A stretch of DNA of 64,000 bases. Origin: Candidatus Doudnabacteria bacterium. GTDB taxonomy: Bacteria > Patescibacteriota > Doudnabacteria > UBA920. Position numbers and translations under genes: made by a program. Of the stretch, positions 18,227 to 27,274 are shown in pieces; the first letter of the stretch is position 1; every line of letters starts with the position of its first letter. The notes beneath the pieces are model-generated. The model saw nothing but the letters and a program-made list of their open reading frames with translations. It ran no database searches and was not told the DNA's origin. Where the stretch lies: the NCBI GenBank assembly GCA_023245995.1, contig JAHFJH010000003.1:1585-65584 (forward strand). Reading direction: 5' to 3'.

Positions 18227-20713
18227 ATGCCAAAAGTTGAAACACATAGCACACATCAACAAAAATCCAATACCCACAAACCCAAGGCCTTACCAAACAA
18301 AAGAAAAAAAGTAAGTCGTAATATAAAAACCGGCAACCTTTTTAGAAGTCTTTTGAAAGGTGTTATATTTGGTTTCGCTTTGGTCGCGTCTTTAATTGGT
18401 TTGGTGTTACTAACTTACCTACTTATTTATAAGCTAGTTTCTCCAGACATTCAAAGCTATTTACAAAGTCCTGGTAAACAGTCTACAAAACTTTACGCAA
18501 GCAATGGCACGCTACTCTACGAAATTTATAAAGACGAAAAACGAACTGACATACCCTTAAAAGATATGTCACCTCACTTTGTACGTGCCATGCTAGCAGC
18601 AGAAGACAGGGACTTCTACACACACCCAGGTTTCTCTGCTACATCTATTATTCGTGCAGCATTCCAAGACTTAGGCTCCCCTGAGCAACTTTCAGGTGGT
18701 AGTACCATAACACAACAGCTGGTAAAAAACTCCATTTTAACTAGACAGAAATCTTTTTACCGCAAAGTAGCAGAGGCAATATGGGCACGAGAGCTTGAGC
18801 GACATTTAAGCAAAGATGAAATTCTAACTCGCTATATTAACAGCACATCCTTTGGACGAAACAGCGCTGGCATTGAAGCAGCCAGTCTTTCGTACTTTGG
18901 CATTCACGCAAAAGACTTGGACGCTAGCCAAAGCGCATACCTTGCCGCCATGCCAAAAGCACCAAGTCTGCTTAGCCCAGGGGGTCCAAACAGAGAAACT
19001 CTAGACGCAAGACAACAATACATACTTTTTACCATGTACCAGCATGGAGACATAAACACTGAAGACTACAATAAAGCAAAAACAGAACAGGTGAATTTTA
19101 TACAACCGAACAATAGCATTATTGCGCCATACTTTACACTCTGGTTAAAAGGGCAAATAATTTCACAGTTCGGAGAAGAAAAAATATACGGTGGAGGCTT
19201 GAAAATATATACTACTCTTGACGCTAACTTGCAAAATTTGGCGGAACAAACTGTAAAAACATATGCCGCAAAAAATAAAAAATCTAATCGTGCTTCCAAT
19301 GCAGCGCTAGTCGCCATAAACCCAAAAACTGGTGGACTTCTGGCCATGGTTGGTGGTAAAGATTACTATGGAAAAAGCGAACCAGCCGGTTGCGTGCCAG
19401 GCAAAAATTGTTTGTTTGAACCTAACACGAACGTCGCCACTGCCCTACGCCAAGTTGGTAGTAGCTTTAAACCATATGTGTACGTAACTGCCTTTGGGCC
19501 AGACTTTAAATACACGCCTGCTACACTCGTCTCAGATATTTCTAAAAATTTTAGCGCACCAGGGGCTCCGGCGTACATACCGCATAACTACACAGGACAA
19601 CAATTTGGTCGTGTACCGGTGCGCAAGGCACTTGCCGGAAGCCTAAACATTGCTGCTGTGAATACGCTTGCACAAATAGGCATAGACCCTGTTATCCAAA
19701 ACTTACGCAACCTTGGCATAACCGCTCCTTTAAAAAATTGCGGTCTCGCGCTTGCTTTGGGTGGCTGTGAAATAAGCCTACTTGAACACACGGCGGGATT
19801 TGCCACCTTCGCAAATTTAGGCAAACGAAACACCGTCACGGGAATAGACCATATAGTAGACTCCAGCGGAAAAATTATTGTCCAAGATAATCCAGAAAAT
19901 AATCAAGTCATAAACGCTCAAGCAGCCTACGAACTGGTTAGCATAATGACAGACAACGACGCTAGAAGCTACATATTTGGTAAAAATAGTCCCCTGACTC
20001 TTGCAGACAGAAAAGTCGCAGCCAAAACTGGAACTACACAAAATTGGAAAGATGGTTTTACTGTAGGCTTTACGCCTTCACTCTCCGTGGGAGTATGGAC
20101 AGGAAATAACGACGGCACGCTTATGCGGGCAGGAGCAGATGGTGTAGTTACAGCCGCACCGCTCTGGCACGAGTTTATGACATCTGCTCTTGCCGGAACA
20201 GAACCAGAAGAATTTCCTGAACCAGATGGCATTACCAGACTTAAAATAAATCCTGCTACAGGTAAAGTTATAAAAACTGGTAATTCTGGTAAGTTGGAAG
20301 TTTTTGCTAGCTATGCCATTCCTTATAACGACTTCCAACTACCCGTAAAAGTTAAAAAGCCCACTGGTGTAGGAACTACTAAACCCAACTACAAAAACTT
20401 ACTAGCCAATGACGAAGAAGAAACTGTTGTTTTAGAACCATGGCAAAATGACATAGTTTTTAAGAGCCCGTTCGACGTGAAAGTATATACTGGCACAAGC
20501 AGTATAGAAACAAGTGTGGACTTGCTTTTAGACGGCAAGGTTATTGCTACAAAAACCGAAGCTCCATTTTTGTTTACTATTACAAACAAACTAACAAACG
20601 GCGCTCATACGCTAACAGCAAAAGCAACCCACTTCGGTTTACTGGAAAGCACAGACAGTGTAAACTTTAAAACATTTTTCAATCCCCCACCCGTGTCTCC
20701 TCGCGGGAAGTAG
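18227..20713 (+). CDS. class A penicillin-binding protein (glycosyltransferase + transpeptidase)
   Basis: N-terminal TM helix; GT51 motifs (AAEDRDFYTHPGFS, STITQQLVKN); transpeptidase S*xxK-like SSFKP and KTGT. 828 aa with a C-terminal extension. Confidence 0.9.
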   Translation: MPKVETHSTHQQKSNTHKPKALPNKRKKVSRNIKTGNLFRSLLKGVIFGFALVASLIGLVLLTYLLIYKLVSPDIQSYLQSPGKQSTKLYASNGTLLYEIYKDEKRTDIPLKDMSPHFVRAMLAAEDRDFYTHPGFSATSIIRAAFQDLGSPEQLSGGSTITQQLVKNSILTRQKSFYRKVAEAIWARELERHLSKDEILTRYINSTSFGRNSAGIEAASLSYFGIHAKDLDASQSAYLAAMPKAPSLLSPGGPNRETLDARQQYILFTMYQHGDINTEDYNKAKTEQVNFIQPNNSIIAPYFTLWLKGQIISQFGEEKIYGGGLKIYTTLDANLQNLAEQTVKTYAAKNKKSNRASNAALVAINPKTGGLLAMVGGKDYYGKSEPAGCVPGKNCLFEPNTNVATALRQVGSSFKPYVYVTAFGPDFKYTPATLVSDISKNFSAPGAPAYIPHNYTGQQFGRVPVRKALAGSLNIAAVNTLAQIGIDPVIQNLRNLGITAPLKNCGLALALGGCEISLLEHTAGFATFANLGKRNTVTGIDHIVDSSGKIIVQDNPENNQVINAQAAYELVSIMTDNDARSYIFGKNSPLTLADRKVAAKTGTTQNWKDGFTVGFTPSLSVGVWTGNNDGTLMRAGADGVVTAAPLWHEFMTSALAGTEPEEFPEPDGITRLKINPATGKVIKTGNSGKLEVFASYAIPYNDFQLPVKVKKPTGVGTTKPNYKNLLANDEEETVVLEPWQNDIVFKSPFDVKVYTGTSSIETSVDLLLDGKVIATKTEAPFLFTITNKLTNGAHTLTAKATHFGLLESTDSVNFKTFFNPPPVSPRGK

Positions 20714-20826
20714 CATAATACTTATAGGTCCTACAAGTCTTATATTCGCCCAGCCAATTTTACCAATGGAAAAGCGCGCAGATCATAAACCTGCGCGCTT
20801 CGTTGGCATCTCATTAATTCAAATCA

Positions 20827-21597
20827 CTACTGATAGTGGGCTTGGAATCCGTATAATTTGGCTACATGATTCCATTCCACGTGGTATTTTCGAAGCACCT
20901 GCTGAACCTGTGGGTCCGGGTGTTCCAACCAGTTGTACCAGATGGCATTGTAACTGCCACTGTCAGCACGATTAGGATTCACAAACACTGCAGTCTCGCC
21001 CAGATGCAAGGTTAAATCCTGATAGTTGCGTTCACGGAGCAGACGCGCCACTTCGGCGTCGAGGCTTACCGCAAGCGCTGCCGTTATTTCTTTGACGGCT
21101 GTGATGGCCTGCGCGTTGTCTGGGTTTACAGTAAGCTCAGTTTGATAACCAGCATTTACCAAAAACCCATTTCGAGACTCATGCACAGTGTCAGCCCGTA
21201 CCATAATGGTGCGGGGCTGCCAATACACACCCACTTTGAGCGGGTTGAGCCATTCACCTCCTTGTTCACTAATTACTCGGCCGCTATCCACAACCCACCA
21301 GCCATTAGCCCAACCAGAAAATCGGCACACACCTGCAAACGCTACGATGTTCAGTAATACCAATGGCAGCAGCCAACGCTGAGGGTCGACAGGATACCCA
21401 AACACCCGAACCGAAGAAACAATGAACAGCACCGCACCCACTACAAGCCCTAAGAGAAACCCGAACGAAGCATTCTCGTTGTTCATGCTACTGCCACGCA
21501 CGAACAGCGCGATCGCGAGTAATGCCAAACAGGTGTTAATAGTCCAGCCAGCAGCCCTAAGGACCGATGGCCAACGAACTGCGATTTGATGAGTCAT
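20827..21597 (-). CDS. hypothetical membrane protein on a GC-rich (~53%) island, possibly horizontally acquired
   Basis: Start reassigned to MTHQIAVRW (ATG at 21597), preceded by cAAGGAGGAGaag. Two N-terminal TM helices. GC is visibly higher than in flanking genes (~40%). Confidence 0.55.
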   Translation of the reverse strand: MTHQIAVRWPSVLRAAGWTINTCLALLAIALFVRGSSMNNENASFGFLLGLVVGAVLFIVSSVRVFGYPVDPQRWLLPLVLLNIVAFAGVCRFSGWANGWWVVDSGRVISEQGGEWLNPLKVGVYWQPRTIMVRADTVHESRNGFLVNAGYQTELTVNPDNAQAITAVKEITAALAVSLDAEVARLLRERNYQDLTLHLGETAVFVNPNRADSGSYNAIWYNWLEHPDPQVQQVLRKYHVEWNHVAKLYGFQAHYQ

Positions 21598-21819
21598 CTT
21601 CTCCTCCTTGATTGAGAGATGAGAACAATTTTTGCCATGCACCCACACGCTTGCGCGGCAGGCACGTTAAACTTATGACTAATTAAACATGTTTTTCACC
21701 CATCTGTCAAGGCATGTTTATCAAAAGCCCTTTATTCTGATCAGGATTTTAATTTCCCATTACTGCACTTAATATGTCTAAACCTCTTCGCATTTGCAAC
21801 TTGATTTACATAAATATTA

Positions 21820-22869
21820 TTAATGCGACAACGGAGAAGTCCAAACAACTGCGTTCGGATTGGTTCTGGAAATAAGCCCTATCCAAATTTGCCCTGGGTT
21901 TAGGACAACAATATTTCCCTGCGCGTCAAAATACTTTGCCAATTCTCCTTGGTTACGTTTCCACGTACCTTGAACAACGCCACCATTTCTAAAAATAAAG
22001 GCCTTTCCGGAACCATTTGTACGTATGCTCATACGACCCTTCTCGTCTCCCGGAATTTCTGCAACATCTGTAAGCTGGACAATTACGGTTGTAGGACTAA
22101 GTTGTTTTTTATTTTCAGCGTCAATATCCATTTCTCCGGCTAAAAACCGCGAATATGTTTTTGCAATAACATCATATTTAAATTCAACTTTATAACTTTC
22201 GGTAGAAAAATTCAGCGTAATTTTATTTGCTACCTGCGAAGATTGTTCAGTCACACTTGAAAATGCAAATGGCGTTGAGTCTAATGTTCTAGGTAAGTCG
22301 TGATCTGATAAATATTTTAGTAGCTTGTCTGTTGAGGTGTATACATTGTGCGGTGCTGCTCGTTGCAATACGCGTTCAAAAGTTGAGTCATTGTAAAACT
22401 GATTTACGTCTACAAGATGTGGAAATGCTTTTGCTTTTAATTTCGCAATAACTTCTGGACTCCCCCCAACATGGGCGTATAACGCACCGTAAGAGTCAGC
22501 AATCTCTGCGTAATACTCGCGAGCAGAACGAACAGGACCTATGTTTGGGCTATCTTTTTGGAACAAAGCTAGATAGCGAGTAATTCCACCCTCAGCTGCC
22601 ATTTCGTAAACTACTTCTGCGTTAGAAAGGCCACTTTGTGGACGCGCATCAGGGTGATTCTCTACCATAACCGCTAAAGGACGTCGGTGGGCAATTTCAG
22701 GCTTTGCCAAAATTCCGTTTAGAGTAGCTAGTTGTGTCTGTGTTGCCTCTTGTTGTGTTGGTTTTCTGACTGGCTCTGCGCTAGGCAAAAAACGCCATAC
22801 TAAAAGTCCAATTGCGATAAATAAAAAAACAACACCTGAAATTACCCATTTTTTAGATGAACTTTGCAT
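21820..22869 (-). CDS. DUF3048 (YerB-like) secreted or lipoprotein-type protein
   Basis: N-terminal TM or signal segment. PLAVMVENHPDARPQSGLSNAEVVYEMAAEGGITRYLALF matches the DUF3048 core. Confidence 0.55.
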   Translation of the reverse strand: MQSSSKKWVISGVVFLFIAIGLLVWRFLPSAEPVRKPTQQEATQTQLATLNGILAKPEIAHRRPLAVMVENHPDARPQSGLSNAEVVYEMAAEGGITRYLALFQKDSPNIGPVRSAREYYAEIADSYGALYAHVGGSPEVIAKLKAKAFPHLVDVNQFYNDSTFERVLQRAAPHNVYTSTDKLLKYLSDHDLPRTLDSTPFAFSSVTEQSSQVANKITLNFSTESYKVEFKYDVIAKTYSRFLAGEMDIDAENKKQLSPTTVIVQLTDVAEIPGDEKGRMSIRTNGSGKAFIFRNGGVVQGTWKRNQGELAKYFDAQGNIVVLNPGQIWIGLISRTNPNAVVWTSPLSH

Positions 22870-22880
22870 AAGCCTAATTG

Positions 22881-23711
22881 CTATTTATTATTCGAGTCGT
22901 CTTTGTGTTGCGCCGGCAAGACTGAGACGCTAAAATTCTCGCTCGCAGTAATTGCAGTGTTTATTTCTTTATACCTAGCTATGGCAGTGCTAGCGGTTAT
23001 GTAGCCGTCTACATAAAAATCTTTTCCTACATAGTTCTGTGCTGTAGTATAAAGCTCGGTTGTCGCGGCAAGTGCGTCGGTTAAGGTTGCATACTGCTCT
23101 GGCCGAAGCATATTCTGTGCGTCGGTTAAAGCCTGTCTTGTAATTTTGTTAGTTTGGTCAAGTAAACTTATCTTTCCGTCTATGCCTTTTACTAAATTTT
23201 GTTGTTGATAGGCGTCTCGGAACTGCTTGTCTATGTCGCTACGAAATTGCTCAAAAGCACTGAGATTGTTTTGCATAAACATAATGTCTAATCCCGATCT
23301 TGTCGTGTCATTGTCTATAAGCGCCTTTAACACTTGCTTGTGTATGCTAGTAATAGAGACGCTATTTGCAGCCAAAGTATCTGCCGACTTATAGTCTCCA
23401 CTGCGTGTGTCGGAAATTATTGTAGCTATAACTCTACCAACGGTTATATCTAGAGCTACTCTAGCAGATTTTTCCTCAGCACTGTTTTTACTAAACCAAG
23501 CACTTTCAATTTCTGCGTACCTCTGGTCTAGTTGGCGCGCCAAAGTTTCTGCTCGTGCGGGACCAGTTATATTTACCCATACCCATACCGGCTCGTTTAT
23601 TTTGGTTTCTAAACCGTACAAAAAACCAGATGGCCTTGCTTGAATAGCAAGCGGGATACTTACCACATAAGCCAAAACAAGCAAAAGAAAAATTATTTTT
23701 ATGTATTTCAT
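22881..23711 (-). CDS. hypothetical secreted protein
   Basis: Signal peptide MKYIKIIFLLLVLAYVVSIPLAIQA. 276 aa, no motif recognised. Confidence 0.45.
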   Translation of the reverse strand: MKYIKIIFLLLVLAYVVSIPLAIQARPSGFLYGLETKINEPVWVWVNITGPARAETLARQLDQRYAEIESAWFSKNSAEEKSARVALDITVGRVIATIISDTRSGDYKSADTLAANSVSITSIHKQVLKALIDNDTTRSGLDIMFMQNNLSAFEQFRSDIDKQFRDAYQQQNLVKGIDGKISLLDQTNKITRQALTDAQNMLRPEQYATLTDALAATTELYTTAQNYVGKDFYVDGYITASTAIARYKEINTAITASENFSVSVLPAQHKDDSNNK

Positions 23712-23781
23712 ACGACGATTTTTATTTTATTGGATGTATTTTATTAAAATAAATTTATATAAAACAGTCAACAAATAAATT

Positions 23782-23862
23782 TGGTCAGGATACTGGGAAT
23801 TGAACCCAGTCTACACCCACCCCACGTGTCCGCCATAGCTTTAGCGAAGGCGGATGGGCGCG
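23782..23862 (-). other. tRNA-like 3' half (T-arm, acceptor 3' strand, ACCA) with no foldable 5' half
   Basis: Minus strand reads ...GACUGGGUUCAAUUCCCAGUAUCCUGACCA, a perfect T-stem/loop plus 7-nt acceptor strand plus discriminator and CCA. The expected CAGGAUA 5' strand is absent upstream. The conserved double-hairpin motif lies where the 5' half should be. Confidence 0.3.
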
Positions 23863-23897
23863 TACCCGCCTCCTCGGCGGGCTGCCGATGAGGCAGC
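23863..23897. ncRNA. conserved double-hairpin motif, copy 2
   Basis: tacCCGCCtcctcGGCGGG followed by GCTGCCgatgaGGCAGC. Relative to copy 1 the second stem changes TC/GA to CT/AG, which is compensatory. Confidence 0.3.
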
Positions 23898-23922
23898 TAC
23901 CACTACTTTAATAAATAAGCTC

Positions 23923-23996
23923 TGGTCGGGGTACCAGGAATCGAACCGGGACTACAAGACCCCCAGCCTTGCGTACTACCACTATACTATACCCCG
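23923..23996 (-). tRNA. tRNA-Pro (anticodon GGG)
   Basis: Hand fold: CGGGGTA/TACCCCG acceptor stem, D-loop AGTGGTAG, anticodon stem CAAGG/TCTTG with loop CTGGGGG (GGG, G37), T-loop TTCGATT, ACCA encoded. There is one C·U mismatch in the T-stem. Confidence 0.75.
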
Positions 23997-24004
23997 TCCC
24001 AAGC

Positions 24005-24279
24005 TCACCTACTAGTTCTATTTTTAAAATAACTTTCTAGTTTCTGCCTTAGCACTTCTCTCCCATATCCTGTTTTGAAAAACTTCTCTGCTTTTAAAGC
24101 ATCACGCTTTTCTATATACGCTTCATAAAATACCAGTTTAAACGGTCCATTCTTGGCTGTATATTTACCACCACGTTACCATTATGTTCTTTAAACCTTC
24201 TCCTTAGATCATCAGTACTGCCATAATATAGTTTATGATTACCAATAGATTCCAAAATGTAGGCATACCACATATACAT
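24005..24279 (-). pseudogene. frameshifted GIY-YIG (YhbQ/UPF0213-like) small nuclease gene
   Basis: Frame A gives MYMWYAYILESIGNHKLYYGSTDDLRRRFKEHNGN, then a stop. The +2 frame continues with GGKYTAKNGPFKLVFYEAYIEKRDALKAEKFFKTGYGREVLRQKLESYFKNRTSR*. The two frames together make a complete GIY-YIG domain broken by about a 1-nt indel near 24175 (AAA/AA run). Confidence 0.6.
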
Positions 24280-24300
24280 TCAACACTGCACCGTCTTTTT

Positions 24301-24322
24301 GGTGAACCGCCGATGAGGTGAC
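24301..24322. ncRNA. partial third copy of the conserved hairpin motif
   Basis: gaaCCGCCgatgaGGTGac shares the CGCCGATGAGG core with copies 1 and 2. Confidence 0.2.
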
Positions 24323-24346
24323 TAATTACTCTTTGCTTGCTAACAA

Positions 24347-25372
24347 CTACACCGTAAAGTAGGGCATGTCGTTTGAGCTGTCCGTTGAAGTATTAAGTGC
24401 TTCTTTGTGCTCAGCCATCTTTTCTATTATATCCTGCAGTTCTTCGTCGCTGAAAAATTCTATTGTTATTTTTCCACCCTTACCCTGACGTTGAACCTTT
24501 ACTTGTGTGCCCAAACGAGTCCTAAGCTCTGACTCTATGGCCATGAGTTTTGGATCTGGAGCTGCAGCGTCCATTTGTCGTTTTAGTGAAAGCTCACGAG
24601 CTTTAGCTTCTACCTGACGCACATTTAAATTTTGGTCAATAATTGCTTTAAATAAAGCTAACTGTTTTTCCGGTTCACTTACCCCAAGTATTGCGCGTGC
24701 ATGCCCTTCGGTAATTCTACCGTCAATAACTGCCCGCTGAACTTCCACTGGCAAATTTAATAAACGAAGGGTATTGGTCACAGCTGGCCGGCTTTTGCCA
24801 ACCTTCTGCGCCACTTGATCTTGAGTTAAATTAAAAGTTTTAATTAAACGGTCGTAAGCCCGCGCTTCTTCTATAGCGTTAAGTTCCCTGCGTTGAATAT
24901 TTTCAATTAATGCTACCTCTAGTTTAGTTTGGTCTTCTAAACTTTGTTTTACAATTGCAGGAACGCGCAAAAGCCCAGCCAAAATAGAAGCACGAAACCT
25001 GCGCTCCCCTACTACTAACTCATAACCCGCAGATGTTTTAGTAACTACAATTGGTTGAATAACTCCATACTCTTTTATGGAGGCAGCAAGCTCTTTTAGA
25101 CCCTCTGGGTCAAAAATTTTTCTTGGTTGAAAAGGATTTGGAACAATCTTTGTAACTTCTATTTCTTCTATTTGCGCATCTTGATAGGAAACTCGTTCAT
25201 TTACAGTATCTGGTATATTTAAAGGTTCGAACACTTCAGTCGGAGCGGCAACAGTAGCAACCTGTGGCACTGGTGCCATGTAACCTAAAATAGATGAAAA
25301 CACATCATCGTCCAATACTGGTTCAGTGTATAAATTGTTGTTTGTAGTTTGTGTTGTTATACCGTCTAACAT
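24347..25372 (-). CDS. parB: ParB/Spo0J-family partition protein (start moved to an internal ATG)
   Basis: GERRFRASILAG box, HTH region LTQDQVAQKVGKSRPAVTNTLRLL, ParB N-terminal domain. The track ORF's N-terminus overlaps tRNA-Leu, so the start is taken at MLDGITT (ATG 25372). Confidence 0.85.
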   Translation of the reverse strand: MLDGITTQTTNNNLYTEPVLDDDVFSSILGYMAPVPQVATVAAPTEVFEPLNIPDTVNERVSYQDAQIEEIEVTKIVPNPFQPRKIFDPEGLKELAASIKEYGVIQPIVVTKTSAGYELVVGERRFRASILAGLLRVPAIVKQSLEDQTKLEVALIENIQRRELNAIEEARAYDRLIKTFNLTQDQVAQKVGKSRPAVTNTLRLLNLPVEVQRAVIDGRITEGHARAILGVSEPEKQLALFKAIIDQNLNVRQVEAKARELSLKRQMDAAAPDPKLMAIESELRTRLGTQVKVQRQGKGGKITIEFFSDEELQDIIEKMAEHKEALNTSTDSSNDMPYFTV

Positions 25373-25417
25373 ATTTGAAAACTGCTGGATACTACTCCAG
25401 CAAATAAAAGATAATTT

Positions 25418-25502
25418 TGGTGCCGGTGGTGGGAGTCGAACCCACACATCTTTCGATACACGATTTTGAGTCGTGCGCGTCTGCCAGTTCCGCCACACCG
25501 GC
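25418..25502 (-). tRNA. tRNA-Leu (anticodon CAA), class II with a long variable arm
   Basis: GCCGGTG/CACCGGC acceptor stem, D-arm TGGCGGAACTGGCAGACGC (close to E. coli tRNA-Leu), anticodon loop CTCAAAA, T-arm GTGGGTTCGACTCCCAC, CCA encoded. Confidence 0.85.
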
Positions 25503-25563
25503 CTTTCTATTTCAAAAAGCCCTCATATTTTAGCAGACTGGCTTCTAGGTGGCAAACAAGAAT

Positions 25564-26103
25564 CTAATGAATAAAACTCGTTATAAAACCAAAAACTCCT
25601 AAAATACTTAGGCCAAATAACACTATGTAGGCTATGGCTATTCCGCCAATCATGTCCGCAACATAGTGGTACCCAAGAGCTACCCTACTTGCACTTGCCA
25701 AAATTAAAATAATAAAACTTATAACCCCAGCCGCTGGCAAATAAGCAAACAACAGCATACTAATAATTGCGAGGGATGTTATGTGGCCAGAAGGAAATGA
25801 GTCGCGCCGCTTTTCTATATCGGAGAAAAGTCCTTCTCCAGCAACTGGAATAAACTTGTATTTTTGATACGGCCTTGGAACGGGAAATAAAAATGAGACC
25901 GTTTGTACTAGTATGCCCCAACCTACAATAAGTGATAGGCCTATGCTTACCATAAGCTGTCGCCCAAGAGGAGTCCATGCAAGCACCAGTGGCAAACAAA
26001 CATAAGCGTAAATTACGCGCATGGCAAAGAAATCCGCGCTCTTGCGCCACCACGTATGTTGGCTAAAAAAAGTTTGTAATTGTATGTATTGGTTTTTATG
26101 CAC
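25564..26103 (-). CDS. PAP2-family membrane phosphatase
   Basis: Motifs KRRDSFPSGH and SRVALGYHYVADMIGG (PAP2 signatures PSGH and SR...H...D). Confidence 0.7.
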   Translation of the reverse strand: MHKNQYIQLQTFFSQHTWWRKSADFFAMRVIYAYVCLPLVLAWTPLGRQLMVSIGLSLIVGWGILVQTVSFLFPVPRPYQKYKFIPVAGEGLFSDIEKRRDSFPSGHITSLAIISMLLFAYLPAAGVISFIILILASASRVALGYHYVADMIGGIAIAYIVLFGLSILGVFGFITSFIH

Positions 26104-26106
26104 AAG

Positions 26107-26910
26107 TTACCTACGCACTAAATATACTACGGCAATTAAAATTGCAAACGCAACTCGGTACCATACAAATAAAGTAAAATCTTTTTTTGCGAGCAAGCGC
26201 AGTAAGAATCTGATAGATAAAAAGCCAAACACCGCAGCGGTAATAAACCCAATCAAAAGCTCCGGCGTAGTTACTCCGTCGTGAAAGTGTTTTATCTTTA
26301 TAAGACCCGCACCAAAAATAATAGGTATGGACATTAGAAAAGAAAACCTTGCTGAGTCTGCCCGCTTAAAACCCAACAAAAGTCCAGTTGTCATAGTGCT
26401 TCCACTTCTAGACATCCCAGGAATAATGGCCAAAGCCTGACTACAACCTATTAAAAATGCGTGTATGGGTTTAATGTGGTCGAGATTATGAAGCTTTTTA
26501 CTAAAATAATCTACCAACCATAAAATAATTCCAAAACTAAACATGGTTATTGCAATAAGTGGTGGACTGCGAAAAGCATCTTCTGCTTTTTGTTCTAAAA
26601 GTTTGCCAATAATTGCCCCAGGGATAGATGCAATAATTAACAACCAAGAAAGCTTTTGATAGATGTTGCTTTGAAAATCACGTGTGGACTTAAATAACGA
26701 ATGCCAAAAACCTTTCGCGAGTAACCATATGTCATTTCTAAAATATGCAAGCACCGCGAGTAATGTGCCCCAGTGAAGCGCCACATCAAACCCAAGACCT
26801 GGATCCGGCCAACCAAACAGCCATGGAGTGATTATTAAATGCGCCGAACTCGATATCGGTAAAAACTCCCCAAGCCCCTGAACTAAACCTAAAACAAACG
26901 CGTGGAACAT
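26107..26910 (-). CDS. uppP: undecaprenyl-diphosphate phosphatase
   Basis: MFHAFVLGLVQGLGEFLPISSSAHLI... matches the BacA/UppP family across its length. Confidence 0.9.
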   Translation of the reverse strand: MFHAFVLGLVQGLGEFLPISSSAHLIITPWLFGWPDPGLGFDVALHWGTLLAVLAYFRNDIWLLAKGFWHSLFKSTRDFQSNIYQKLSWLLIIASIPGAIIGKLLEQKAEDAFRSPPLIAITMFSFGIILWLVDYFSKKLHNLDHIKPIHAFLIGCSQALAIIPGMSRSGSTMTTGLLLGFKRADSARFSFLMSIPIIFGAGLIKIKHFHDGVTTPELLIGFITAAVFGFLSIRFLLRLLAKKDFTLFVWYRVAFAILIAVVYLVRR

Positions 26911-26929
26911 AATAAAATTATATTTAAAA

Positions 26930-27274
26930 TTAACTTAAAAATGCGAGCGCAGGAAACGCTACGATTATTAGTACATTAAGTAAAACCCACAGCCAAGATG
27001 TTAAGTTATTACGAGCTGACCAAAAAGAAAGCAAGAACATAAACAATCCTATTGGCACAGTCAGGTAACTTGCAATAAACCAAGGCAACCCGAAAGCATT
27101 TATAAAAGGCCAATATCCTATCGTAAATATAACCATAATTACAAATACAAAAGAAGTGGCTATACGCACTAACCATTGAACTATTTTATTTTTATCCATT
27201 TTTATTATTCCGTACGCCAGAGACTTCACTGAGCGCCTAGGCGTGTTAATTATAAAATCGGAAACTGCGCGCAC
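26930..27274 (-). CDS. hypothetical small membrane protein
   Basis: 114 aa with three hydrophobic helices. It overlaps the glyA start by 25 nt. Confidence 0.35.
   Translation of the reverse strand: MRAVSDFIINTPRRSVKSLAYGIIKMDKNKIVQWLVRIATSFVFVIMVIFTIGYWPFINAFGLPWFIASYLTVPIGLFMFLLSFWSARNNLTSWLWVLLNVLIIVAFPALAFLS

Noticed and set aside
23782-24072. tmRNA, whose 5' end would pair with the tRNA-like 3' end (a tatcctg complement occurs at 24066-24072)
   Set aside because: A complete tRNA-Pro and a GIY-YIG pseudogene lie in between, and the 5' strand would not start with the usual GGGG. The 7-mer match is probably chance.
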